Below are positions 1-12,159 of a stretch of 64,000 bases of DNA, in pieces. Below the pieces are notes generated by a model. The model was not told the origin of the DNA. It saw nothing but the letters and a program-made list of their open reading frames with translations, and searched no databases. The position numbers and the translations under genes are program-made. Positions within the stretch are counted from its first letter, which is position 1, and every line of letters begins with the position of its first letter. This DNA is from Squalus acanthias (Eukaryota), in assembly GCA_030390025.1 (NCBI GenBank), contig JASTWF010000342.1, positions 372,001 to 436,000 on the forward strand. The letters are read 5' to 3'.

Positions 1-491
1 TAAAATCAAAATGATGACGGCGGGTTGTGAACCCGCCACCATCCTTTCCATCCTCCACACAACTTTCCAAAGTGTCGGGTCTGCGACTTTCGATCAGACC
101 CGACACCAAGCGGCGGGAGAGGCAGTTAAGGCACTTAACAGCTTGTTAACTGCCTAGATAATCCCATTTTTACAGGCTTTGTTCGATTTTGCCACATTTT
201 CAGCGTGTTCCACTTCGTTCGACAAACACGCCAGCTGTTGTGTTGGGTATTGCAACAAGCTGAATAGTTGACAGCTGCAACTACAGCATTAAAACTAACC
301 TGCAACAGCAGTTCAATTTCAGATGCCAGAACTTTCTGTTTTGCAGACTTGGAAGACATTTTTTCGGTGTATTGAGGTTGTAAGTGTTTGTTCTGTGATC
401 CATATGCACTATGACCTCCTTGGAATATCTCTCCCCACATTGACTGAGCACTTATAACATCTCTTCCTCACGTGAGATATATACAAGCAGC

Positions 492-1693
492 ATGGGAACC
501 ATTTATACCCTCTCATCCTGGTCCTCAGAATTGGAGGAAGAGCAGCCGCGGCAGCAGCAGAACCAGGCACAGCAGCAGCACCAACAACAGGCGTGTCCAC
601 CTTCTCCTCAGCCACCTGATGCTGCACAAGGTGAAGGGCTTCAGCGCAGGGCTGCACCTCGCCGCAGGAGATACCCCCAGCACAGGGTTTACAGGCCGAG
701 GATGAGCTTCCTCAGTGAGCAGCAGTGCCAAAGGAGGCTGAGACTTTCGCGAGAGGTAGTCGCTGAGATCTGCACAATGCTGTACCAACACCTGCAGCAC
801 AGAGGAGCGGATGGACACCCCTTACCAGTGGCTGTCAAAGTCACCACTGCACTCAACTTCTGCAGAAATCAGCAGCATCTCCCAGTCGGCCGCACACACT
901 TGCATCACGCAGGTTACCGATGCCCTCTTTGCCAAGTCGCACAATTACATCCACTTCTCAATGGATGAAGCAAGTGTTACGGCACGTGCGGTTGGCTTTG
1001 CAAATATGACAGGCTTCCCAAGGATGCAGGGCATCATCAACTTCACACATGTGGCCATTAGGGCACCCCATCACAACCCAGCTGTATTTGTCAACCGCAA
1101 GGGCTCCCACTCCCTTAACGTCCAGCTGGTGTGTAACCACAGGAAGAACATTATGCATGTTTGCGCCAAGTTCCCTGGCAGTTGCCATGATCGTTCATCC
1201 TGCGGCAGTCTAGTGTGCCTCAGCTTTTCAATCCACCAACTCAACTTTCCGTATGGCTACTTGGAGACAAGGGCTATCCCTTGAAGACGTGACTAATGAC
1301 ACCGATGAGGAGGCCATCAAACGAAGCTGAGTAGTGCTACAGTGTGAGCCACATTTCCACCAGAAGCATCATAGAGCAAACCATCGGCCTACTCAAAATC
1401 CGATTCAGATGCCTGGACAGATCTGGTGGAGCCCTACAGTACGCACCAGCCAGGGTTTCCAGAATCATCGTGGTCTGCTGTGCCCTGCACAACATCGCAC
1501 TGCAGCGTGGCTTACCGCTGCCTGAGGAACAAATGGCTCAGTGCACAACCTCCTCCTCGAGGAGGAGGAGAAGCCGAATGAGGCTGCAGATGAGGAAGAC
1601 CTGGTGGAGGTGGCTGTCCCAGTGCCACCAGCACACGAGCACATTGCTGGCCGTGAGGCAAGGGATGCACTAATCCATGCCAGATTCGCGTAA
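492..1693 (+). pseudogene. Harbinger (HARBI1-like DDE_Tnp_4) transposase, frameshifted
   Basis: ORF pieces 492..968, 811..1284 and 1344..1673 are colinear with the intact 36733..38001 ORF ([58 protein letters not shown]). There are deletions and frameshifts, and the catalytic DCTH has become NFTH. Confidence 0.92.
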
Positions 1694-1935
1694 CTTTACG
1701 CTGCAAACACATGTGGCTCGCACATGGATATGTGTGTTTGCACGACCTTCATTGCACACCATACAGCATCTGTACAATAAACTGTGCATTCCTATCACTC
1801 TCCCCACCATCACTGCTGATGAAAGGCGCCCTGACCCCTCAGTATGCAACTTCCATTTCTGAGCACACATAGGCCAAATCTTTGATTCTTTGACATCACA
1901 TTTGTTTAATACAATTGAAATAAAGATGACAAATG

Positions 1936-2598
1936 TTTTATTCGCTTATGGGATCTGGGCGTCGCTGGCAAGGCCAGCATTTATTGCCCATTCCTAGTTG
2001 CCCTTGAGAAGGTGGTGGTGAGCCGCCGTCTTGAACCGCTGCAGTCCGTGTGGTGAAGGTACACCCACAGTGCTGTTAGGTATGGAGTTCCAGGATTTTG
2101 ACCCAGCGACGATGAAGGATCAGCGATATACTTCTAGGTCAGGATGGTGTGTGACTTGGAGGGGAACTTGGAGGTGGTGGTGTTCCCATGCGTCTGCTGC
2201 CCTTGTCCTTATAGGTGGAAGAGGCCGCGGGTTTGGGAGGTGCTGCCGAAGAAACCTTGGCGAGTTGCTGCAGTGAATCTTGTAGATGTTACACACTGCA
2301 GCCACGGTACGCCGGTGGTGGAGGGAGTGAATGTTTAAGGTGGTGGATGGGGTGCCAATCAAACGGGCTGCTTTGTCCTGGATGGTGTCGAGCTTCTTGA
2401 GTGTTGTTGCAGCTGCACTCATCCAGGCAAGTGGAGAGTATTCCATCACACTCCTTACTTGTGCCTTGTAGATGGTGAACAGGCTTTGGGGAGTCAGGAG
2501 GTGAGACACTCGCCGCAGAATACCCAGCCTCTGACCTGCTCTTGTTGCCACAGTATTTATGTGGCTGGTCCAGTTAAGCTTCTGGTCAATGGTGACCC
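1936..2598 (-). mobile_element. 3' fragment of a non-LTR retrotransposon (CR1/L2 group, Daphne/Crack-like) inserted between the two genes of Harbinger A
   Basis: ORF 2120..2551 (IYKAQVRSVMEYSPLAW...LDTIQDKAARLI) is an RT C-terminal region. Same family as 49110..49945. The clade assignment is tentative. Confidence 0.8.
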
Positions 2599-2616
2599 CT
2601 ATTACTTTGTATTATA

Positions 2617-4744
2617 TCAAAACACCCAAGTAACTATCCTTGTGACTATTTGTGTGTTGGCTTCAGCAGATGCAGAGGCAGCTTGCTCACTTCTCTGCTG
2701 CACCTGCTTAGATGCTTTTGGTGGGCGTCCTCTGGGTTGGGGAGCCTGGGAATACTCCGCAGAAGTCTGCTCCTCCTGCGGCTGTGCAGGGGCAGAGATG
2801 GCCATGTCAGTTGGGTGAGGAATCTGGGACTCTGACCGAGGGCTTCGCAGTGGCATGGTAGCGTGAGCGCTTGGAGAGGAGCCCACACTTCCTTGTTGTC
2901 GACCACCAACATCCCTTTCATGGGTCACCCGCACTTCTCTGCTAGCAAGTAGCTGGAGAGCAACCTTGCTGCACATCAGTGGGGCCATGAGGACCCATTT
3001 CTGTGCTGACATTCCTCATAACAACGACGTCCATGAACCTCTGGTTAGTCTCCTCAATAGATGCCCATCTATCCTACACAGATGACCATCTATTTAGAAG
3101 TGTTACCATGTTCTGCAGTGTCTGGCGATTTATGTCCTCCAAGGAGGTTGCCATCATTTCCAGGGTGGATGCACCAGTGAGTGCACCACGGCATTGCTCA
3201 TGTTTGAGATGGACTCCTCCATTCTCTGCACACTCGCAGTTACCGTGGTTGCAAACCCTGTCAGAGACTCCTGCACGTGTTCCTGAAGCTCCAGCACCGC
3301 TCTCTTTCTGGATGGCCCCAGAGGCATGGCGTCCACATGCAGCTGAGCAGAGCTAGGAGAGTCCTGCGACATCCGACAAGGACTCTCCACTGCTGTCACT
3401 GTCTCCACCATCTGCTGATGCTCACTTGTGAGCTGTGATACACCAGGTGACAACACTACTCTATCTCGCAAAGGACCCACCGAATTGTGCATCTCTGCGC
3501 TGGTGCTGGGCGCGCTCAATTCTGCTGACGCTGATCCCTCAGAGGCTGCAGCTTCCTCTGAGAGTGATCTGACTCTTCCTCCTGGACAGTGGGGAGGGGG
3601 GGCTCTCGATGGTCCTGTGGGGGAGTAAAGGCATGGGTTAGACCTGTGATATTTAGGTAGCAGACACATCCCATTGTGCAGATGATCAGAACTCAATCTC
3701 TATGAACATCAGATGCCATACCAGTCACTCATGAAATCTAAATGAAAGGGTTGCAAATCTATTCTGTCACCAGCTTGCTGTACTGTAACCGTCTCTCTCC
3801 CCCCCACTTCCAGCTCCTCTGCACCTCTTGATAGCAGCCTCCTCAGCGTTAGTTAAATGCGCCATGGAAGGTGGGCCTCCTCCTGTCCTCTCCCTCTTAT
3901 TGTGGGCTCTCTTTTCCTGCAATGAGGGACACAAGTGGAGTTTAAGCGAGATTGATGGAGTGAGTCTAAAGAATCCATAGCATAGATGCTTAGAGGGAGA
4001 CAAAGATGGAGTGAGGTGCCAATACCAAGGTCCCTCCCTGTGCGTTAAGTTGTCATTGCATAACAGTGAGAGCGAGTGTGAGGGGTGCATAGTCGAATAG
4101 TGAAGTGATTGTGTACATAGAGAGAGAGGGATGGTTAAGGGTGCAGGGGATGTGAGGGTAAGTTGGGATGTGCAGGAGTAACATAGAAACATAGAAACAT
4201 AGAATCTAGGAGCAGGAGTAGGCCATTCGGCCCTTCGAGCCTGCTCCGCCATTCAATACGATCATGGCTGATCATCCAAATCCAGTACCCTGTCACTGCT
4301 TTAATCCCGACAGTACACATATCCCACCCTACCCCCGTAACCCCACGTATTTAATTCCCCCTAACATATCCCATCCTATCCCCATAACCCCACATATTTA
4401 ATTCCCCCTAACACTAAGGGTCAATTTATCATAGCCAAATCAACCTAACCCACACATTTTTGGACTGTAGGTTGACAATGCAGAGTGCTGGTGATGAGAA
4501 GAGATGGGAAGCAGATTGAAGGTAAGTGTGATGTTATACTCACTTTTGCTGAGCGTAGTAGATCATTGAACCTGGCGCTTACCTCCTCAGCAATTTACAG
4601 CCAGGCTGCCTTTGTGTGTTGAGGAGGCTTCCTCCATCCATTGGAGGGGAACAGAACCTCCTTGCGCCCTCTTACTCCCTCCACAAGAGCATGGAGGGAG
4701 TCATCATCAAAGCGAGGAGAAGCCTTTGTTCTTGGACTAGTCAT
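2617..4744 (-). pseudogene. Myb/SANT-like (MSANTD/NAIF1-type) Harbinger partner gene, 3 exons (4744-4544, 3916-3771, 3614-~2617), disrupted
   Basis: Exon 1 reads MTSPRTKASPRFDDDSLHALVEGV...KAAWL*IAEEV...RFNDL and ends at a GTGAGT donor. Exon 2 reads EKRAHNKRERTGGGP. Intron positions match copies C and E. In-frame stop and deletions. Confidence 0.85.
4180..4469 (-). mobile_element. 5'-truncated HE1/V-SINE-like SINE with CR1-type tail, in intron 1 of the Myb gene
   Basis: (CTATGTTT)n tail; near-identical to 24787..25081. Confidence 0.75.
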
Positions 4745-5013
4745 CTCGCAAAGACCAGCACTCAGGAGCATCAAAAAGTAAATGAAACCCAAAGGCTACA
4801 TGGGCCCCTTAAATGCAGCTGAGTCGAAGACGTCAGCAGAGGCGAGCAGCAGACCCGCACCCACTGATGGGGCCGAGTAACGCGCACAGCAGGCTTAATA
4901 AGCCCAATCTAATGAAAATTGTTATCTCAGTGTGGTTGGAACCGGCAGCGGGACAGCAACCCACCAAGCAACGAACCCAACGTGAACCCGCCTCCGCTGG
5001 GAAAATCCAACCC

Positions 5014-5598
5014 ATAGAGTTGGGCCTCAACTGGAGTTCGGCCTCAACTGGAATATTCTGTCCAATTGTGGGCACCACACTTTTGGAAGGATGTGAAGGC
5101 CTTAGAGAGGGTGCAGAAAAGATTTACAAGAATGGTTCCAGGGATGAGGGATTTCAGTTACGTAGATAGACTGGAGAAGCTGGGGTTGTTCTCCTCGGAG
5201 CAGAGAAGGTTGAGAGGAGATTTGATAAGGTGTTCAAAATCATGAGGATCCAGACAGAGTAGATAGAGGGAAACTGTTCCCATTGGTGGAAGGGTCGAGA
5301 ACCAGAGGACACAGCTTTAAGGTGATTGGCAGAAGAACCAAAGACGACATGAGGAAAATCTTTTTTACGCAGCGAGTGGTTATGATCTGGAATGCACTGC
5401 CTGAAAGGGTGGTGGAGGCAGATTCAATCGTGGCTTTCAAAAGGGAATTGGATAAGTACCTGAAGGAAAAAAAAATTGCAGGGCTATGGGGAAAGGGCAG
5501 GGGAGTGAGCCTAGCTGAAGTGCCCTTGCAGAGAGCCGGCACGGGCTCGACGGGCCAAATGGCCTCCTTCTGTGCTGTAACCATTCTATGATTCTATG
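5014..5598 (+). mobile_element. CR1 LINE 3' fragment (host of Harbinger A)
   Basis: RTRGHSFK...FFTQRVVMIWNALP motif; (ATTCTATG)n tail. Confidence 0.9.
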
Positions 5599-6224
5599 TA
5601 GTACATTAACAATTAATTAACAGTGTATTTTGTTCTATGGACTAATCTAGCTTTTATTAAAAAAGCTATTTAAATGTAACTTCTACTACCTATGAATCAG
5701 TGGTCATATTTGCTAATGGAAATGGTGCACATCACTGCCATGTACATTATTGCATCCGCCACCAGGGATGTTTGGATGTAATGGCGCAGGATGGCATATG
5801 CGAGTACAGCAAAAAAATAACTCTGCTTAAAATGTTTTACTCTCAAAATTTTAGCTTAGAATATGGAATCTCAGATATAAATGTATTTTCTGGTAATATG
5901 CAAAACCTGTCCTTCACTAATGTTTTATAATTGACTCTAATATTTAATGAGCAGCCATCAGAGAGGCAAATTCCCTTGCACTGTTGTTAGTTTACGTTAC
6001 TAGGAGCCACCCATTAAATGATACCCATGTGTGCATTATTGGATTGTGCTACACTAAGTATTGGAGTACACTGACTTTTGAACCATCAAATATATTCTTT
6101 GCATTTTGCAGTACCCCAGCTCTAAATATTGGTACTGCTAATTAATTCAACTTTTTCCTCTCAGAAGCAAATTTGACATTCTTACAGCTTTTCTGACAAG
6201 AGTTGTGTAATAATAGTAAACACA

Positions 6225-6330
6225 TTTTGCCTGCATTTAGACAGTCACTGCACTTCAAAAAGTAATTCATTGTGTAAAGGGCTTTGAGATATTTTGATCG
6301 GAACGGTGCTGTATAATTGCAAGTATTATT
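6225..6330 (+). mobile_element. L2-type SINE/LINE 3' tail relic
   Basis: cacttcaaaaagtaattcattg..gtaaagggctttg..tataattgcaag resembles the L2 3' end at 14710-14780 and the copy at 9320-9422. Confidence 0.5.
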
Positions 6331-6783
6331 ATTATATGTCAGTGGCTGCTGCATTCAAAGTCAAATTCTTCTGTTGGATTTACAAGGTTCCTGGACTAAC
6401 CAGATTACCCGTTTATTGAGCTAAAAGCCAATTTGAGTCTGAAATTTCATTGGGTTTCTCCGCTCTCCTGCGGAGTTATGCTTGGACACTGGTAGAAGCT
6501 CCGCAGAATTTCAGCCCCAAGATTATTTGCTGCAGTCTGAGCTTGTCAGATTAATGCCATCGGATTAAAGAAGTGTGATTAAGCAGCTCAGCGAGAGATG
6601 TATGGATCCACCAATATTCTGCACCATGACGTGGTAATATGAAAGACTTGCTTCCACATTCCTGATTACACTGGATTATCAGGAGAGGCATCAAGTGCAG
6701 GTCAGTCAAAGAACGGAAAATATATTGCCCTAGACTACACTCAAGTAGAAGAGAGAGTGCCATTGACAGGACTCTGAAAACAA

Positions 6784-9120
6784 GAGGGTGAAATTCCTTT
6801 CTGTGCCGTTTTTAATGCCCTGATTGATGCATTAACATAAAATTCCAAAGTGTGATATTTCAACAATGCTCCTAACAGCTGCCAACAGACATCCAAGAGT
6901 GAATTTTCTGACTTTTTTGGGCGATTTTTACTTGATGCATACAACGGAGTGCAACTGCAGCCTGCCCGCTTTATCGTCGTCAGGCTAAAGCTATTTTGAG
7001 TCCCGGGCCTCAGTTACATGCAACTAGACCTCTGAGGCAGCTTGCTGGTTGGGGAGGGATGGAAATTGGCTACTTTTGTTTAGGAGCCTGGGTGTGGGGG
7101 AGGCGTCCCTGGGGGAGAGCCTAGCCTGGGCTAGCAGTGGGCTGGAGATTTTTTGTGGGCCTAGGAGGAGTACTCTGGCTCCTCCAGACCCCACAAAAAT
7201 AAAAGTTAGAAAGAAACTTTGGCCGTTTTATCAGCAACTCACAGGAACTTAAAACAATGACTATCACTAGAGAAAAAGTACTAGACAAACTAATGGGACT
7301 AAAGGCAGACAAGTTTCCTGGACCTGATGGCCTACATCCTAGGGTCTTAAAATAAGTGGCTGCAGAGATAGTGGATGCATTGGTTGTAATCTACCAAAAT
7401 TCCCTAGATTCTGGAGGGGTCCCAGCAGATTGGAAAACTGCAAATGTAATGCCCCTATTCAAGAAAGGAGGGAGGCAGAAAGCAGGAAACTATAGGCTAG
7501 TCAGCCTAACATCTGTCATTGGCAAAATGCTGGAATCCATTATGAAGGAAGTAATAGCAGGACATTTAGAAAATCATAATACATTCAAGCAGAGTCAACA
7601 TGGTTTTATGAAAGGGAAATCATGTTAAACAAATTTACTAGAGTTATTTGAGGATGTAACGAGCAGGGTGGATAAAGGGGAACCAGTAGATGAAGTGTAT
7701 TTGGATTTCCAGAAGGCATTCGATAAGGTGCCACATAAAAGGTTACTGCACAAGATAAGAGCTCACGGGGTTGGGGGTAATATATTAACATGGATAGAGG
7801 ATTGGCTAACTAACAGAAAACAAAGAGTCAGGATAAATGGGTCATTTTCAAGTTGGCAAACTGTAACTAATGTGGTGCCACAGGGATCAGTGCTGGGGCC
7901 TCAACTATTTACAATCTATATTAATGACGTGGATGAAGGGAGCATGTGTACTGTAGCCAAATTTGCTGATGATGCAAAGATATGTGGAAAAGCAGGTTGT
8001 GAGGAGGGAGTGGGCAAAAATTTGGCAGATGGAGTATAATGTGGGAAAATGTGAGGTTATCCACTTTGGTAGGAAAAATAAAAAAGCTAACGATTATTTA
8101 AATGGAGAGAGACTACAAAATGCTGCAGTACAGAGGGATCTGGGGGTCCTCGTACATGAAACACAAAAAGTTAGCATGCAGGTACAGCAAGTAATTAGGA
8201 AGGCAAATGGAATGTTGGCCTTTATTGCAAGGGGGATGGCTTATAAAAGTAGGGAAGTCTTGCTACAACTGTACAGGGCATTGGTGAGACCACATCTGGA
8301 GTACTGCATACAGTTCTGGTCTCTTTATTTAAGGAGGAATATACTTGCATTGAGACAGCTCAGAGAAGGTTCACTAGGTTGATTCCTCAGATGAAGGGGT
8401 TGTCTTATGAAGAAAGGTTGAGCAGGTTGGGCCTGTACTCATTGGAGTTTAGAAGAATAAGAGGTGATCTTATTGAAACATATAAGATTCTGAGCTGGCT
8501 TGACAGGGTAGATGCAGGGAGGATGTTGCCCTTTGTGGGGGAATCTAGAACTAGGGGGCATAGTTTCAGGATAAGGGGTCGCCCATTTAAAACGGAGATG
8601 AGGAATTTCTTCTCTGAGGGTCGTGAATCTTTGGAATTCTCTACCCCGGAGAGCTGTGGAGGCGGAGTCATTGAATATATTCAAGGCGGAGATAGACATA
8701 TATTTGAGCTACAGGGGAGTCAAGGGTTATGGGGAGCGGGAGGGAAAGTGGCGTTGAGGCCAAGATCAGATCAGCCAGGATCTTATTGAATGGCGGGGCA
8801 GGCTTGAGGGGTCGAATGGCCTACTCCTGCTCCTATTTCTTATGTTCTTATGTTTAAGGAGCGCTGGTTAGGCCGCTCAGCATCGGTACAAATTGGTGCA
8901 ACATGCGTGGCACACACACACCTGATTTGTACCTCAAAATTGGCTCCTATGTAGGTTGTAGATCCCAAATTTGCATATTAAAAGTGGACTCCTGCTTGAA
9001 ACAGGCGGGTGCACCAGCCACCCATCTCAGGAGCCTACCCAAGATGGCGGTGTCCAGAGCACCATTTTCTGGCTGCTACCATCCCATTTACGTAGTAAGG
9101 AGCACTTAAAATTGGCCCCC
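6784..9120. mobile_element. Non-autonomous Harbinger-type element, split by a CR1
   Basis: Termini GAGGGTGAAATT and AAATTGGCCCCC fit the GGG..AAATT TIR pattern of this window. No clean TSD. Confidence 0.5.
7244..8854 (+). mobile_element. 5'-truncated CR1 LINE (RT domain to 3' UTR), frameshifted
   Basis: [22 protein letters not shown] and FADDAK motifs; (TTATGTTC)n tail. Confidence 0.95.
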
Positions 9121-9319
9121 GTGTGTCTGAATTTCTGATATGCACCTGTGAGTGGATGAGGTCCCCATCAGTAGTGCAAAGTGGGAAAATATGATGTAAT
9201 TTTCACAGGGCAAATGCCAAGAATGTATATCTGATCAGATCACTGTGAATGATACATGCAAAGCATATTTTTATTATAACCATATCTTTAAAAAAATCAT
9301 TAAGAATTATCTTAGGATA

Positions 9320-9422
9320 TAAAAGAAAAAAGAAGACTTGGATTTATATAGCACCAAAGGATGTCCCAAAGCGCTTTACAGCCAATGAAGTACTTTTGAA
9401 GTGTAGTCATTGTTGTAATGTA
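9320..9422 (-). mobile_element. L2-type SINE 3' tail relic
   Basis: Reverse complement of cttcaaaagtacttcattggctgtaaagcgctttggg...ctatataaatccaagtc. Confidence 0.55.
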
Positions 9423-10439
9423 TTGCAATAGGACAACTCAAATTAAAGTTTAGTGTAATTTTAACTTTAATCAATACAATTGCTGTGTTCAGAAAAAAAA
9501 TCTATTTTGAGTCAACAATGTATATGATAATTAACAATACACAAAAAACTTTGCTACGCTGAGTTGTTCCACACGTCTAATGACAGATTAGCATTTGCGT
9601 TAAATGTGTATTTGTTTCCTGATCAATTTAAACAAACTAAGAAATCTTATGTAAAGCACAAAAGATTCGTGGCAATAGTTTAATTTGATGATTCACTTCA
9701 GTGGTTTTCTCGTCATTATTTTTTCTTATGAATTTTCAATGAGAATTACAGCTTTTCCAAACGCCTAACACGGTAACTACTATAGGGAATGATTCTGATG
9801 AGAAAGGTTAACAAAAGTAATGAATTTTTCCTACACTGTGAATTTCTTAATTTACACCATGTAAAACATGTCAACAGAATACAATAAGACTGTTCAGTCT
9901 GCATATTTTGTAAGAACTGTTGATAATTCACTGACCCACACGCTCTGGTAATCAGCAATAAACCACAGCTTATTAAAAAATAACCTTCCATGTGAAAATT
10001 AAAAGATAATTGGAAATGAATCAGATGACCTATAAGAGATTAAAGTAAAGAACATCCTTTGACTTCTCCATATTGGGTCACCAATGCTGAAAATTGTATT
10101 GGTGGTGTTATTAATAATAAAACAGTGCTCGTTTTGAAATGCACCCCATTGTTTCTCAGTGCTTCAATCACATTTTAAATAAATTGGGAAACTCATTTGA
10201 TGTAAAATGTAATCAATTCCTTGTATTTAGTAAAACCTAGCAGCAACTCATCGTTCTATGTAAAATAATAGGTGATTCTAACAATATGGCCGTGAACCTC
10301 CTTCAAGCTGCTCATATTTTTCCACCGTAAACGGGTTATCTGTTGCACTGCCAGCAAAGTTACGGCAGTAGAACAGGAGCAGCTCTAAGGAAATTCCTGT
10401 CATTCCTTTTTGTAAGTTTGCTTCTCAATTAGAAACATT

Positions 10440-10610
10440 GGGGGTGAAATTGGTCTTGCACAGGAGCGCAAAACAGGCAATAGCGAATCAGCAGCCTGAT
10501 TTACACTCCACCCGATTTTACTTTTCAATGAACAATGAGCGGGTTGTAAAACAGGCTGCCGATTTGCTATCGCTTGTTTTGTGCTACCGCCCAAGACCAA
10601 TTTCACCTCT
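10440..10610. mobile_element. Palindromic Harbinger/Tourist-like MITE
   Basis: GGGGTGAAATTGGTCTTG ... CAAGACCAATTTCACCTC; the arms fold back almost to the centre; second copy at 46852..47003. Confidence 0.85.
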
Positions 10611-11111
10611 ACATTGTTTAGAAGAGGATGGGCTAGAAATTCATCTCCTTACCGACACTCCGTTGCACCATGAAATGGCGATAAAATGGCGGCCGCCGCT
10701 CTTTCGCCAGCTGGTGGCGGGTCCCGCGGCGGCACCATATTGCTCTCCCCTTTTGCGCTGTCGAGAACTGGCAGCGCTCTGGAAAAGAAATAGCGGTGTG
10801 GTGACGTCAATTGGCTTGCAGCGCTGACTTAACGTCACCAACGCGAACTTCGACCCTAGCGCTGAATTCGGCGCTGGATCCTAAGCACGCCAGGTAAACC
10901 TGGGGTGCAAGCAGGCTGACAGTGGTGATGTCTCCAGCTCTTAAAGGGACACACACATCATTCAGGTAAGTTTAAATTTAAGGGTTTGGACTGTTTTTTT
11001 TGATTTTATTGAAGTGGTGGCTTGTGGCAACAGATGTGAAAAGTTTTTTAAGTGTGTAGGGAGTGCTGCTGGATGCTTGCAAGGGCTCGTATGGTAAATG
11101 AAGGCTTTTGA

Positions 11112-11240
11112 GAAGACAGAACATGCTGTGAAGACTCAGCAGCTCACGCAACATCTGTGGAGAGAAAAACAGAGTTCAGGTCTCAGGTCAACATGCTGCC
11201 TGACCAACTGAGTATTTCCAGCATTTTATGCTGTCATTTT
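11112..11240. repeat. Collapsed palindromic Penelope-like terminal repeat relic
   Basis: actcagcag..catctgtggagagaaaaacagagtt followed by the inverse atgctgcctgacc..ctgagtatttccagca; same family as 48500..48911. Confidence 0.6.
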
Positions 11241-11773
11241 ACATTTACAACGTCTGCTTGCAGAGGGAAGATGAAGGCGCAGAAGAGGAGGAAGCCGCAG
11301 AGGAGAAATCAGATGGAAGGATACATCCCAGACAGCCCCTTTGTGACCGGGATATCCAGGATGGAATCATCTGCCTGCGGTCCCATTGGTTGGGCAGGCT
11401 ACCTCTTGTTGACCCACTGGCTGGGCATGCTGCATTTCTTGGGTGTGTGAAATGAGAAAGGCACAAGGGTGGAGTTGTGCTGACGGGAGGGCGGGAAAGC
11501 AAGAGGTGCATGCCAGAAAGTGGATAACGTACAAGGATACCCGCATCTTGTATCCTTTCAGCCCCACCGCTGGTCAAGGGCTCAACCATGCCCCTGCCAA
11601 GAATGGCCTGCACCGTCTCCTCCAAGCGGGTGAGGTGAGGCTAGGAATGGGAGATGCGCCTTGTCATTGGTGCAGATTGTAGGTAGGTGAGTGATTGGGG
11701 GTCGTGCATTGAGCAGTGTGCGAGGCTAGTGGTGCAGTTTGTAGAAGACGGCTTTTGAAGATGTATTCACTGA

Positions 11774-12002
11774 CCTTGACCAGTGGTCTGAGGTCATGAA
11801 GCTTCTTTGGGCACTGGAGCCAGGTGGTGGGGGCGATACTGCTGGCAGTGATGGCCTTAGTGATGTGGTCCCACATTGTTCTTCTGGAGGGCCTCCTGGC
11901 CCCTGTGGGTAGAGGGCTGTTCTTGCAGAGTTGAACCCCTGCATAAAGCTGGAGTGCTGCATGTGAGACCCTGGGTGCCACTTCCCTGGCTTGCTGAGCC
12001 AT
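11774..12002 (-). pseudogene. Myb/SANT exon 1 relic of a Harbinger partner gene
   Basis: MAQQAREVAPRVSHAAL...WDHITKAITASS..TWLQCPKKLHDL then a GTCAGT donor. Confidence 0.7.
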
Positions 12003-12159
12003 TTGTGTTAGTGCTGAGGCAGTTTACCCATTTGTTGAGGTTAGGAAGGTGATTCAGCTTTAACAGCTGAATATTCACGTTTGGAATTTCTTTTAATATT
12101 TTTTAAAAGGCAGAAAGGGCTGAAAAATGTATTGATTGCCTGATTCCATTCTTATCTAT

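Larger units (their letters stand above)
1..5013 (+). mobile_element. PIF/Harbinger DNA transposon copy A (family 1); left TIR lies just upstream of the window
   Basis: Transposase relic (+) and convergent Myb/SANT gene (-). Right TIR GGAAAATCCAACCC ends at 5013 and matches GGAAAATCCAGCCC at 42140. Bases 1-40 resemble 36303-36340, about 50 bp inside the left TIR of copy C. Confidence 0.9.
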